From: an uncultured Bacteroides sp.
GTDB taxonomy: Bacteria > Bacteroidota > Bacteroidia > Bacteroidales > Bacteroidaceae
Length of the DNA stretch: 64,000 bases
Assembly: GCA_949288585.1 (NCBI GenBank)
Contig: CASEKR010000002.1
Span: 3,204-67,203, forward strand
Reading direction: 5' to 3'
In this document: piece by piece, positions 41,385 to 50,512 of the stretch
Layout: every line of letters begins with the position of its first letter
Position numbering within the stretch: the first letter of the stretch is position 1
Notes under the pieces: generated by a model
Told to the model about the DNA's origin: nothing
Seen by the model: the letters and a program-made list of their open reading frames with translations, nothing else
Databases searched by the model: none
Made by a program: the position numbers and the translations under genes

Positions 41385-41443
41385 AATCGCATCTAAGTTT
41401 AAATCACATTTCTAAATAGCAGGAACATAGCGATAAAAGCACG

Positions 41444-41530
41444 ATGCTCCCTCATGGACTAAAGTTATGGAGATTTATTATATAGCAGATGATTCCTGCC
41501 GGAGATTTAACAAAGTACAAGAAAAATATA
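41444..41530 (+). mobile_element. Remnant of an IS982-family transposase 5' end
   Basis: KVMEIYYIADDSCRRFNKVQEKY resembles the Bacteroidales IS982 N-terminus as I recall it; truncated and frameshifted. Confidence 0.5.
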
Positions 41531-41561
41531 CCGCCATTGACGCATGTCTTGTCAACGGCGG
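41531..41561. terminator. Hairpin downstream of the CXXX operon
   Basis: CCGCCATTGAC..GTCAACGGCGG. Confidence 0.5.
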
Positions 41562-41599
41562 GCTACTTACTATCGTGTATATGTCGGGGCATGCCCGAT

Positions 41600-41872
41600 T
41601 CACGCTAAAACCAAGTAGATGTTATTCGTCTGAAAATCAATTTCCCAATTTCCCTTATCAGAACCTTCCCATTGATAATGCTCAGACATGCGTTTCCACC
41701 AATTTTGGAATTTTGTACTGGTTTCCCCCATATCCTTCACAATTTTTTCATACAGGGCTTCATTGTCCGAAGTTATAACCTTGGCAAGTTCATTCAAACC
41801 ATTACGACGTTCAAAAAGCATCTGAATCTCGTCTTTCTCTTCTTCTGTCACTTTTCCTACTAACTTTTTCAT
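41600..41872 (-). CDS. CXXX-repeat peptide modification system small protein
   Basis: GKVTEEEKDEI..LFERRNGL.EL..WW..M..Y.WE..WEIDF; last gene of the radical-SAM operon. Confidence 0.85.
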   Translation of the reverse strand: MKKLVGKVTEEEKDEIQMLFERRNGLNELAKVITSDNEALYEKIVKDMGETSTKFQNWWKRMSEHYQWEGSDKGNWEIDFQTNNIYLVLA

Positions 41873-41910
41873 ATCAACTTTTATGCTTAATGTTAGACTT
41901 ATTCTTATTC

Positions 41911-42855
41911 TCAGAATCTTTTACTTATCTCAAAAGGATCTAAGTATGTTATTTCTTTTATCTCATGACCTTTCAAATAATCTCTCTGTTTCCTTATCCT
42001 GTTGAGCAACATCCGTGAAGCATTACGTTCAATATGGGCAATGACACATTGCTCGTGCGAAGGTGTATTCACTTCCAAAGTAGTTTTCTTATTCAACCAA
42101 ATACAACGTTTGCATTGGAAAGCATCACATTGACGGCAAATAGGCGCATACTCCAATTGATATAGATGAGCATTCGGCACATATATTCCGCTCTGCAAGT
42201 CGCCCACATTATTATCTTCATCCGACAGGTAGAAAGCCGGGCAAACATAAAACTTCCCATTGGGAGCCAGTGTAATATTCCGCCATCCGGCATCACAATT
42301 ATTCATCTTATCCAACATCATACGATCAGTTAACAGGTTGAACTGAATATTCTTCCCTTGCAAATAACTCTTTTCCATAGCATTAGAAAGACTCTGCAAT
42401 ACCAACAGGTAATCCTCCATGTCTTCTTCATCAAAAGTCTCAATATCTGTAATGATGACATTAAACCGAGCCATTTGGGGCAAAATATCTGCTATGAGTT
42501 GGCTTTTATTAAAAAAATCATCTTTATTAGTGCGCAATATATACGCCGTATCCGGAAGGAACTGATAACCAAGCAATCTCTCCCAGTCATTAAATACCAC
42601 GACTTCGGCTTGCATGTTCTTCCCAAAAGCCGGCTGTATCTTGCTATGGCTAACACTTTCTATCAACTCCTGATACACCTGCGGCAATGTATATGACGGA
42701 TAAACAAACTGCACCTGCAGGTTCTCTTTCATGGCGAAGAAAATAGCAGCTTTCAATGTCTCTATGGCTATTAGCCTTGGCTCCTTTTTAGGATTATCAT
42801 AATGGCAATAAGAAGTGCTTGTATCGTCCAACAGTATGACAAGATATTGTAACAT
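41911..42855 (-). CDS. CXXX-repeat peptide maturase (degenerate radical-SAM fold plus SPASM)
   Basis: LDDTSTSYCHY with no CxxxCxxC; CDAG..APNG.FYVCP and CRQCDAFQCKRC. Confidence 0.85.
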   Translation of the reverse strand: MLQYLVILLDDTSTSYCHYDNPKKEPRLIAIETLKAAIFFAMKENLQVQFVYPSYTLPQVYQELIESVSHSKIQPAFGKNMQAEVVVFNDWERLLGYQFLPDTAYILRTNKDDFFNKSQLIADILPQMARFNVIITDIETFDEEDMEDYLLVLQSLSNAMEKSYLQGKNIQFNLLTDRMMLDKMNNCDAGWRNITLAPNGKFYVCPAFYLSDEDNNVGDLQSGIYVPNAHLYQLEYAPICRQCDAFQCKRCIWLNKKTTLEVNTPSHEQCVIAHIERNASRMLLNRIRKQRDYLKGHEIKEITYLDPFEISKRF

Positions 42856-42861
42856 AGGTTT

Positions 42862-44079
42862 CTAACAGATAGTAGAGTTCATTCTTTTCTGGTCCTTCTC
42901 GTATGCTTCCTGCCCGTTTTCCAGTTCCAACTTATGGAATAACTTGTTCCAATAATAGTTATTGGCACGTACACGAGCTTTATGCATCTGGCAAATGGCA
43001 GTCGCTCTCTGGAAAATGGTATCAGTATCTGCCGCATCATAATTCTCTCCCTGACACCAGGCACAGCCGGAAGCTACTTCACATTCCAAACACTGGCGAG
43101 GACTTTGCGTACAACGGTCTAATGTCAGGAAAGGGCGGAGTTTGTTTTTGTCTATCCCCTCATGTATATTTCCGATGACTCTTGCTTGCTTGTTCCGCAA
43201 CGAATACTGGGCAAAACGTGTGCAAGGATAGAAATTGCCTGCCGCGTCAATGGAAAGCATCATGCCCGCTCCGCACCAATTCTGGTTATCTCTTACCTTA
43301 TCCAATGGTTTGCCAATATGTTCGCTGAAAAATGAGCAGGCATAATCTTTATAAAGCCCCTTATCTATGATTTCATCAGCAAGGTCTACTAATTGTTCTT
43401 CAAAAAGGCGGTCATCTCCCTCTTTCCAAACATCCTCAAATACACAGTTAATATTTACCTCATGTATGCCGAGACTATACAAATGGAGCACGCTCTCTTT
43501 GATATAAGGAATATCCGCACTACTGATGGTCACTTTGGTAGAGGCATTAGGAAATTGTTTCAGCCACAACGGAATATTGCGCACCACGTCTTCATACGAC
43601 CCCTTTCCCGAACCCTTATACACACGGTTCAAGTCATGCTTCTGCATCGTACCGTCTATGGTAATACCAATACTCAAGTGACTGTGGTTCTTCTCGATGA
43701 AGCGTTGCACCTTCTCCTCATGATAGTTGATACCGTTCGTAGAGAAACTGAACCGATAAGAATTAAACCAATGATGATTTCTCCGGAACATTTCCAACTT
43801 CAGGTAATCGCAAATACGATCTATCAAGTCTATCTCAATAAAAGGTTCCCCACCGATAAAGTCCCATATCACCGATTCTTCCCGGAACTCCTCTTCCCGC
43901 TCCAAGATGTAATCAATAGCTTGCTTGGCCACTCCCCAGTTCATTCTCTCTTTAGAGTTTTTGCCTACGAGGTAGCAGTATTTGCAAGCTAACTGACAAT
44001 CTTTGGTGACAATAAAGGTGATAGACTTAGCTTTACCCGACTTCCAGATAGAAGTCTTTTTATATTCAATTTCAGCCAT
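42862..44079 (-). CDS. Radical SAM/SPASM peptide maturase (CXXX-repeat target family)
   Basis: CQLACKYC, FIGGEP, WCGAG..FYPC and C..C.VASGCAWC. Confidence 0.92.
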   Translation of the reverse strand: MAEIEYKKTSIWKSGKAKSITFIVTKDCQLACKYCYLVGKNSKERMNWGVAKQAIDYILEREEEFREESVIWDFIGGEPFIEIDLIDRICDYLKLEMFRRNHHWFNSYRFSFSTNGINYHEEKVQRFIEKNHSHLSIGITIDGTMQKHDLNRVYKGSGKGSYEDVVRNIPLWLKQFPNASTKVTISSADIPYIKESVLHLYSLGIHEVNINCVFEDVWKEGDDRLFEEQLVDLADEIIDKGLYKDYACSFFSEHIGKPLDKVRDNQNWCGAGMMLSIDAAGNFYPCTRFAQYSLRNKQARVIGNIHEGIDKNKLRPFLTLDRCTQSPRQCLECEVASGCAWCQGENYDAADTDTIFQRATAICQMHKARVRANNYYWNKLFHKLELENGQEAYEKDQKRMNSTIC

Positions 44080-44082
44080 GTA

Positions 44083-44625
44083 TTAATCAAACATACTGGA
44101 GTATTGACAAGTATATTGACACCATCTGTCACAAGTTCCTAAACAAGAAGTATCGCAAGTACCCACACAAGAACGGGTACATGCATTTTGACATGAGACT
44201 TGGCAACCTGTTCGACATGTAGTATCGCAATTTTGCGCACACCCCCTATTACAACTATTCCCACATCCCGAACATGGCGAAGAAGTAGAGGTATTATTGC
44301 ACCCTCCCGTACAACTGCTACTACATCCTGAACAAGAACTTGATTCGGAAGAGTTAGTACAATTATTGCTACATTCATTGGTACACCCACTCAAGCATCC
44401 AGCACCACATCCGTTTTGACTTGTGCCAACGCAACTATTGCTACAACTACTTCCACATCCTCCTTGTGCTGTCCCCACACACGAGTTATTGCATCCCATT
44501 GCCTCATTACCATCATCACAACTGCTTAAAACAGCAGGGCCTAAAACAATGATTCCCAAAAATGGCAATGTCCGTCTGAATCCTTCTTTAAAAAATTCCC
44601 GACGGGATATTTTATTATTTTTCAT
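44083..44625 (-). CDS. Cys-Xaa-Xaa-Xaa repeat precursor (radical-SAM target) with twin-Arg signal and lipobox
   Basis: SRREFFK, a hydrophobic stretch, LSSC, then 29 further Cys mostly spaced four apart. Confidence 0.9.
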   Translation of the reverse strand: MKNNKISRREFFKEGFRRTLPFLGIIVLGPAVLSSCDDGNEAMGCNNSCVGTAQGGCGSSCSNSCVGTSQNGCGAGCLSGCTNECSNNCTNSSESSSCSGCSSSCTGGCNNTSTSSPCSGCGNSCNRGCAQNCDTTCRTGCQVSCQNACTRSCVGTCDTSCLGTCDRWCQYTCQYSSMFD

Positions 44626-44632
44626 GTTCTTA

Positions 44633-46198
44633 TCAATAGAAAAAAACATAACTAAACTCCCATTCGGTAGGGCAAATATAATAACTTGTTCCTGTTTCTA
44701 TATTAGTAAAAGAAACATATCTTTCATTGAATAATACTCCTTGTGTAGAGGCTATAGGCGCGATGCCTGCACTCATTTTCCATAAAAAAGATGAATTTCC
44801 GTTGCTAATGTAAATACTTTCTTCCGTACATGCACTTTTTCCGAAAGTATCTGCGTGGAAAGGAGTGGATGATTTAAATGTTGATTCTACTAAATAGGTT
44901 CCGTTTATATCAATGTCACAATTAATACGATATATAACATATCTATTGGTGTCATCTGATGAAAATTCCATACCATATTTATTTATAGAAAAGTTTGCTT
45001 TAAAATCCTTACCGATGGTTTGTGCTGAAGTCTCACCATCATAATATTCTATGGAAGCATCTATACGGTTATAAGCACGTATATAATAATCAGTTCCGGG
45101 TTGTAACCCTTCTAAAGTTATTTGAAATAATCCTTCATTATTTAATGTAGCTGTACTTGTATTGTCTGTTATGGTAGGATTGGGAGTAGTTCCATAGCAG
45201 ATATTCAACCTATCTATTCCAATAGGGGCAGGTGTTACAAGTACTAATTTATCTTCATAAATTTGTGTCGCTTTAAATTGAGTTGTTATGGCGTCTAATG
45301 TAATGAATTCATTTTCTTCTCCATATAATACTTCACCTTCAACAATAGCATATAGACGTACATAATATGTCGTTTTTAATGATAAACCAGTTAATGTATG
45401 TGATATGTTTTCGTCAGAAACTTCAATTTTATTTCCTGTTATTATTGTAGGCATGGAAGTATTGGCATAACAAATACCTTTTTCTTGTATTTTTATGCCA
45501 AAAGACTCAAAATGACCAGTAATATGAGCTGAATTAGGTGTAATATTAGAAACCTCTGCTTTTGAAATTTTTATACCTTTATTATCTATTGTCAGTTTGC
45601 AAGAGGCTTGTTTGTTGCCATCATTACTGGTGGCAATAATGTTAACTTCTCCGGGTGCAAGAGCTGTTACTAAACCATTTTTGTCAACTTGGGCTATTGT
45701 ATTATCGCTTGAATTCCATGATACAGTTTTATCTGAGGCATTTTCTGGATTAATATAAACTTCTAATTGTAATTGCTCTCCAACGGCTATGCTGCTTTCT
45801 TGGATATTCAAAGAAATATTAGTAACATGAATAATTTTGGATGTAACAGTAACCTTACACGAAGCCTTTTTCCCACCATCAAGTGCCGTAGCTGTAATCA
45901 TGGCTTCACCTATGGAAACAGCCATTACCATTCCCGTTTCATCTACAGAAGCAATGTTTGCTGCACTCGAAGACCATGTATGCCCTGTATTAGGTGTTTC
46001 AGGCGGATTGAATGAAGCAATCAACCTTTCTCCTGTACCAATTTCCAATACCAGGTTTTCTTTGTTTAAAGAAATATCAGGAGCCATAACACCATCATCA
46101 TCTGTTCCACATCCGGACAATCCGATAAAAAGAAAAGTCATAAAGACAAATCCGAGTAAATTCTTTTTGCTTTCTAAATAATAAACTATCGTTTTCAT
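44633..46198 (-). CDS. Surface lipoprotein with two Big_2 Ig-like and FN3-like domains
   Basis: LSGC lipobox, two W.SS...IA.VD..G.V.A...G repeats, and TTYYVRLYA/PGTDYYIRAY. Confidence 0.85.
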   Translation of the reverse strand: MKTIVYYLESKKNLLGFVFMTFLFIGLSGCGTDDDGVMAPDISLNKENLVLEIGTGERLIASFNPPETPNTGHTWSSSAANIASVDETGMVMAVSIGEAMITATALDGGKKASCKVTVTSKIIHVTNISLNIQESSIAVGEQLQLEVYINPENASDKTVSWNSSDNTIAQVDKNGLVTALAPGEVNIIATSNDGNKQASCKLTIDNKGIKISKAEVSNITPNSAHITGHFESFGIKIQEKGICYANTSMPTIITGNKIEVSDENISHTLTGLSLKTTYYVRLYAIVEGEVLYGEENEFITLDAITTQFKATQIYEDKLVLVTPAPIGIDRLNICYGTTPNPTITDNTSTATLNNEGLFQITLEGLQPGTDYYIRAYNRIDASIEYYDGETSAQTIGKDFKANFSINKYGMEFSSDDTNRYVIYRINCDIDINGTYLVESTFKSSTPFHADTFGKSACTEESIYISNGNSSFLWKMSAGIAPIASTQGVLFNERYVSFTNIETGTSYYICPTEWEFSYVFFY

Positions 46199-46281
46199 GT
46201 CAATCAATATTTTTAGGTTTACAAAGAAAAAGGTTATTCATGAAACGGGCGAAAATATCCGTCCCCAATAAGTCAACATAT

Positions 46282-46500
46282 TCACTTATTGGCGACACTT
46301 CTCCTAAGTTCCTCAGAATAAAGAGCAAAGAAGTCATATTTCAGCAGAGAAGAAATGCGCAGCAACAAATCCGTGTCTATGGATTTCTTATCGTAAATCT
46401 TATAGACATTTGTACGGCAATAAGCCAATTCGCGGGCAAGCCAGGAAGTTGTTCTTCCCTGGGCTTCCACTTGTTCTCTGATGAGGCGTCCGATGTGCAT
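46282..46500 (-). CDS. XRE-family HTH regulator
   Basis: MHIG.LI..WLAREL...RTNVYKI..K.SIDTDLL.RIS..L.YDFF. Confidence 0.85.
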   Translation of the reverse strand: MHIGRLIREQVEAQGRTTSWLARELAYCRTNVYKIYDKKSIDTDLLLRISSLLKYDFFALYSEELRRSVANK

Positions 46501-46888
46501 AGCGTCTTATGCGAAAACATGTGCCACAGATTCCCCGGATTGGCTGGTATTATCAACAAGGCAACGGGCATAAACAAAAAAGAGCGTGGGAACCTGCTTT
46601 CTGCTTATCCCATCTCTTAGGCTCTCGCATTGCCATACCCAAGGATAAGCAACGCCAGTCAGCCCACGCCTGTATGATATATAGTACACTCTTTAACAGG
46701 TAAGAGAATACCTGTTTTCTTTAGTGTAGGTATATAGTCATACCACGCAGACGCCTTTGTTGCTGTTATCTTCTTGGGTTTGAATTTGCGAGATTCAAGA
46801 GATAGAAGATAAACGCATCAGAACGTCTTTCTTATATATGCCACTCCCGCCAACCCATCGCTCGGCTGACTGGAGTACGGCAAAAGTA
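46501..46888 (-). ncRNA. Candidate structured ~370-nt leader or ncRNA
   Basis: TACTTTTG on the minus strand at 46881-46888; nested stems and two inverted homologous ~50-nt modules. Confidence 0.45.
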
Positions 46889-46962
46889 AACAATATCCGG
46901 GAATGTTGCAAGCTTTCCTTTAAGAATCATGCTCGAAAGAAAAGATACCGCTTCTTAGAATC

Positions 46963-47024
46963 TTGCCGATAACGGCAAAAAATCCTACCTTTGCAAAGGA
47001 AAACGAAAGAAAACCTTGCCGATA
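46963..47024 (+). promoter_or_regulatory. Putative autoregulatory operator of the fic gene
   Basis: Palindrome TTGCCG-ATAA-CGGCAA at 46963-46978, TACCTTTG at 46986 and a second TTGCCGATA at 47016. Confidence 0.55.
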
Positions 47025-47029
47025 GAGAT

Positions 47030-47920
47030 ATGGAATACTTATCAGTCGCACAATTCGCAAAGAAATACGGCGTGTCGGAACGCACCGCACGAAACTATTG
47101 CGCCCAAGGGAAGATAGAAGGAGCTTTCCTCACGGGAAAGACTTGGAACATCCCCGCCGATGCCGAATTGCCCCGCAAGAAGAATGTTCGAAACCAACAG
47201 GCATCCCCCTTGCTGGAAGCACTGCGGAGGGAAAAGAACGCCCAAATGAAAGGTGGCATCTACCACCGCACCCAAATAGACCTCACTTATAACTCCAACC
47301 ACATGGAAGGCAGCCGGCTGACCCACGAGCAAACCCGCTACATTTTCGAAACCAACACTATTGGGGTCGCCAACGAAACATTCAACGTAGACGACATCGT
47401 GGAAACGGCCAACCACTTCCGCTGTATAGATTGCATCATCGAACAGGCCACAACCCGGTTGACAGAAGATTTCATCCAACAACTGCACGGGATGCTGAAA
47501 GCAGGCACTTCGGACAGCCGGAAAGACTGGTTCGCCGTGGGCAGCTACAAACGCCTGCCCAACGAGGTAGGAGGACAAGAGACCTGTCCGCCGGAACAAG
47601 TGCACCGGCAAATGAAAGCGCTCTTAAAAGAATACAATGCCCTCAAACAAAAAGACTTCGAAACCCTGCTGGACTTCCACGTGCGCTTCGAACGGATACA
47701 CCCCTTCCAGGACGGGAACGGACGCATAGGCCGCCTCATCCTGTTCAAGGAATGCTTGGCCCACGGGTATGTCCCCTTCATCATCTCCGACGAACTGAAA
47801 TTCTTCTACTACCGGGGACTGCAAGAATGGGGACACGTGAACGGATACCTGGCTGACACCTGCCTGACTGCCCAAGACCAATACAAAAAGTTGTTGGAGT
47901 ATTTCCGCATCCCGTACTAA
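47030..47920 (+). CDS. Fic-family protein with N-terminal HTH
   Basis: HPFQDGNGRIGR, TYNSNHMEG and an N-terminal excisionase-like HTH. Confidence 0.92.
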   Translation: MEYLSVAQFAKKYGVSERTARNYCAQGKIEGAFLTGKTWNIPADAELPRKKNVRNQQASPLLEALRREKNAQMKGGIYHRTQIDLTYNSNHMEGSRLTHEQTRYIFETNTIGVANETFNVDDIVETANHFRCIDCIIEQATTRLTEDFIQQLHGMLKAGTSDSRKDWFAVGSYKRLPNEVGGQETCPPEQVHRQMKALLKEYNALKQKDFETLLDFHVRFERIHPFQDGNGRIGRLILFKECLAHGYVPFIISDELKFFYYRGLQEWGHVNGYLADTCLTAQDQYKKLLEYFRIPY

Positions 47921-48070
47921 TCCTTATCGCCCCTCCTCGCGAAAGATGCAGTTGAATCCCCCGAGACAGAAGCCCGCCGCCCCGGTTCTTCCCGCCTCAC
48001 CCACACAAAAACATCTTCATTTCTTTGCAATTTTATTTTTCAATCGTAAATTTGCAAAAACACCCCGATT

Positions 48071-49213
48071 ATGATTGAAAGAACCCTTCAAAACAAATTA
48101 CAGGAACTGTCGCGCAAGTATCCGATAGTCACCTTAACAGGTCCCCGGCAGTCAGGCAAGTCCACTTTGCTGCGCCATACATTCCCGGACTATGCCTATG
48201 TCTCGCTGGAAGACCCGGACATGCGCATGTTCGCGTCCGAAGACCCCCGTGGATTTCTGGCAACCTATCCCGATAGAACCATCATCGACGAAGCCCAACG
48301 GGTGCCGACACTGTTCTCATACCTGCAAACTCATACCGACCAAGCGAACCAAGAAGGCATGTACCTGTTGGCCGGCTCGCACAACTTTCTGCTGATGGAA
48401 AGCATCAGCCAGTCATTGGCAGGCAGAACCGCCGTGCTGAAACTTCTGCCATTTTCCCATGCCGAAATGAAAGCGGCCCGGATATTGCCCGCAACCGTCG
48501 ACCAGGAAATCTTCTCCGGAGGATATCCGCGCCTCTACGACAAATCCATCGAACCCACGGACTATTATCCCTACTACGTGCAAACCTACGTGGAGCGCGA
48601 TGTCCGCGCCCTGAAAAACATCGGCGACCTGAGCAAATTCATCCGCTTCCTCAAGCTATGCGCCGGGCGCATCAGCCAATTGCTCAACCTGTCTTCATTG
48701 GCCAACGAATGCGGCATTGCCGTCTCTACGGCGGCCAACTGGATATCCGTACTGGAAGCCAGCTATATCTGCCACCTGCTGAAACCGGACCATAACAACT
48801 ACGCCAAACGCTTAGTGAAAACCCCTAAACTATACTTCTACGACACCGGCTTAGCCTGCTCGCTATTAGACATCCGCACGCCGGGGCAAGTATCCACCCA
48901 TTTCCTGCGAGGCGGCTTGTTCGAAAACTTGGTTATCAACGAGTTTATCAAGGCATCCTACCACCAAGGGCAAGAACCCGAACTAACCTTCTGGCGTGAC
49001 AGCACCGGAAACGAAGTAGATTTGTTGCAATACACGGGCGGGATGCCCCATGCTTACGAAATAAAATCGGGGGCGACATTCTCCCCCGATTTCTTCAAGG
49101 GCATAGCCAAATGGGCCAAACTGTCCGCCACCCCCGCAGATCGCTGCACCGCCATCTATACCGGCAACCAGAACCTGAAAACGCAACAAGGGAACGTGAA
49201 AAGCTGGCAATAA
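48071..49213 (+). CDS. AAA_14 ATPase with DUF4143 (PD-(D/E)XK-like) domain
   Basis: GPRQSGKS, IIDEAQ, KTPKLYFYDTG and FWRD..EVD..EIK. Confidence 0.9.
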   Translation: MIERTLQNKLQELSRKYPIVTLTGPRQSGKSTLLRHTFPDYAYVSLEDPDMRMFASEDPRGFLATYPDRTIIDEAQRVPTLFSYLQTHTDQANQEGMYLLAGSHNFLLMESISQSLAGRTAVLKLLPFSHAEMKAARILPATVDQEIFSGGYPRLYDKSIEPTDYYPYYVQTYVERDVRALKNIGDLSKFIRFLKLCAGRISQLLNLSSLANECGIAVSTAANWISVLEASYICHLLKPDHNNYAKRLVKTPKLYFYDTGLACSLLDIRTPGQVSTHFLRGGLFENLVINEFIKASYHQGQEPELTFWRDSTGNEVDLLQYTGGMPHAYEIKSGATFSPDFFKGIAKWAKLSATPADRCTAIYTGNQNLKTQQGNVKSWQ

Positions 49214-49235
49214 TCCGCCCACAGTCCCGACCCGC

Positions 49236-49294
49236 TTCGTTATCCCTTCGTTATTCCCTCGTTATTGGTTCGTTATTGGTTCGTTATTGGTTCG
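49236..49294. repeat. Five 11-bp tandem repeats (TTCGTTATTGG-like)
   Basis: Units start at 49236, 49247, 49258, 49269 and 49280. Confidence 0.85.
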
Positions 49295-49507
49295 AGTGCA
49301 TGGAAACGAACCCGGAGCGGCCCGGCCCCTTGTTTGTATCCTCTCTTTTTCATACAGACGGCAAGAAGCCCCCGAACCGGCCCACAAGGCGGAGAGAGCG
49401 AAAGTGATTAAAATAATTTAACGTCGATACTGCAAACAAATACAAACAAACCTGTATTTTTGCGAAGAAAACCAACTACATCAACCTATTTAAAAACGAG
49501 AAGAGTT

Positions 49508-50386
49508 ATGAAAAAGAAAAGCATTTGGATGATGGCGCTGATGTTCTTCGCAGCCATCGGATTTACAGCTTGCGGCGACGACGAAGAAGGCTTGCCGCCC
49601 ATCAATCCCACCTTCCAAGCAGTCAGCGGGAAATACACAGTGACCAACAACGGAAGCCCCTACGAGAGCATAGAACTGACCGTCAGCGGAAACTACATCA
49701 TCACCACCGACGGTTCGCTGAGCTACGCGGCAGCCGCCCCGCAGGCGGAAGAAACGCCCCGGCGCACCAGCTTCTTGTACAACCCCGCAGCCAAGATCGA
49801 GACACGCGGCACCAACTACAACGGCATCATCTACGGACGCTACACCGAATTGGGCGGCAACCGCTTCGCCCTCGAAGGCTTCGGCACGTTGGAGATTGTC
49901 TACGGCGAAGATGGCACGCAAGTCATCGGCTTCGAACTGGAGCCTGACGGCGAAGGCCCCGTGTCGCTGACCGTCAGCAAGGAGACGACGATGCCGGACA
50001 GTGACGCCACCAGCAAACTGTGCCGCACGTGGCGGGTAGACTGGATGCGCTATGTGTACAGCGAAGACGGCCATCAACTGGCAGACTTCACCGTCAGCGC
50101 AGACAACTACCAAGACTTTGACGATGAACTCGAAGCCTTTGCCACGGAAGTCTTGTTCTCGCAGTCGGGCACATACATGATTTATTATACCGACGGAACC
50201 ATCGGCATCTCCTCGTGGAAATGGAAAAACGAAGCCGACCTGACCCTCTATTATGCGTGGGACAACAACTGGTATGAGGAAGATTTCGTCACAGTCAGCT
50301 TCTCGGGCAATACAGTCACCATCTACGAAGTGTATGAAGACTATGGCGAAAAAGAAGAAACATATACCCACCTGACCGCCATGTAA
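49508..50386 (+). CDS. Hypothetical lipoprotein (lipocalin-like beta domains)
   Basis: FTAC lipobox followed by an acidic export-like motif; LCRTW. Confidence 0.75.
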   Translation: MKKKSIWMMALMFFAAIGFTACGDDEEGLPPINPTFQAVSGKYTVTNNGSPYESIELTVSGNYIITTDGSLSYAAAAPQAEETPRRTSFLYNPAAKIETRGTNYNGIIYGRYTELGGNRFALEGFGTLEIVYGEDGTQVIGFELEPDGEGPVSLTVSKETTMPDSDATSKLCRTWRVDWMRYVYSEDGHQLADFTVSADNYQDFDDELEAFATEVLFSQSGTYMIYYTDGTIGISSWKWKNEADLTLYYAWDNNWYEEDFVTVSFSGNTVTIYEVYEDYGEKEETYTHLTAM

Positions 50387-50411
50387 GCATCAACGCATCA
50401 TAGCATTTGCC

Positions 50412-50450
50412 GGGGGCGATGGCGCACGCAGCGCACATCGCCCTCTTTTT
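50412..50450 (+). terminator. Intrinsic terminator
   Basis: GGGGCGATG..CATCGCCCTC hairpin followed by T5. Confidence 0.7.
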
Positions 50451-50512
50451 ATGCCGATGCCCAAGCTATCGTTTTTTTTATTATCTTTGTGCCCAAATGC
50501 CTACATGAACTT

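Noticed and set aside
41467-41778. 103-aa ORF as an intact gene
   Set aside because: Only the first ~20 codons resemble an IS transposase; the rest runs through a hairpin and antisense to the CXXX accessory gene.
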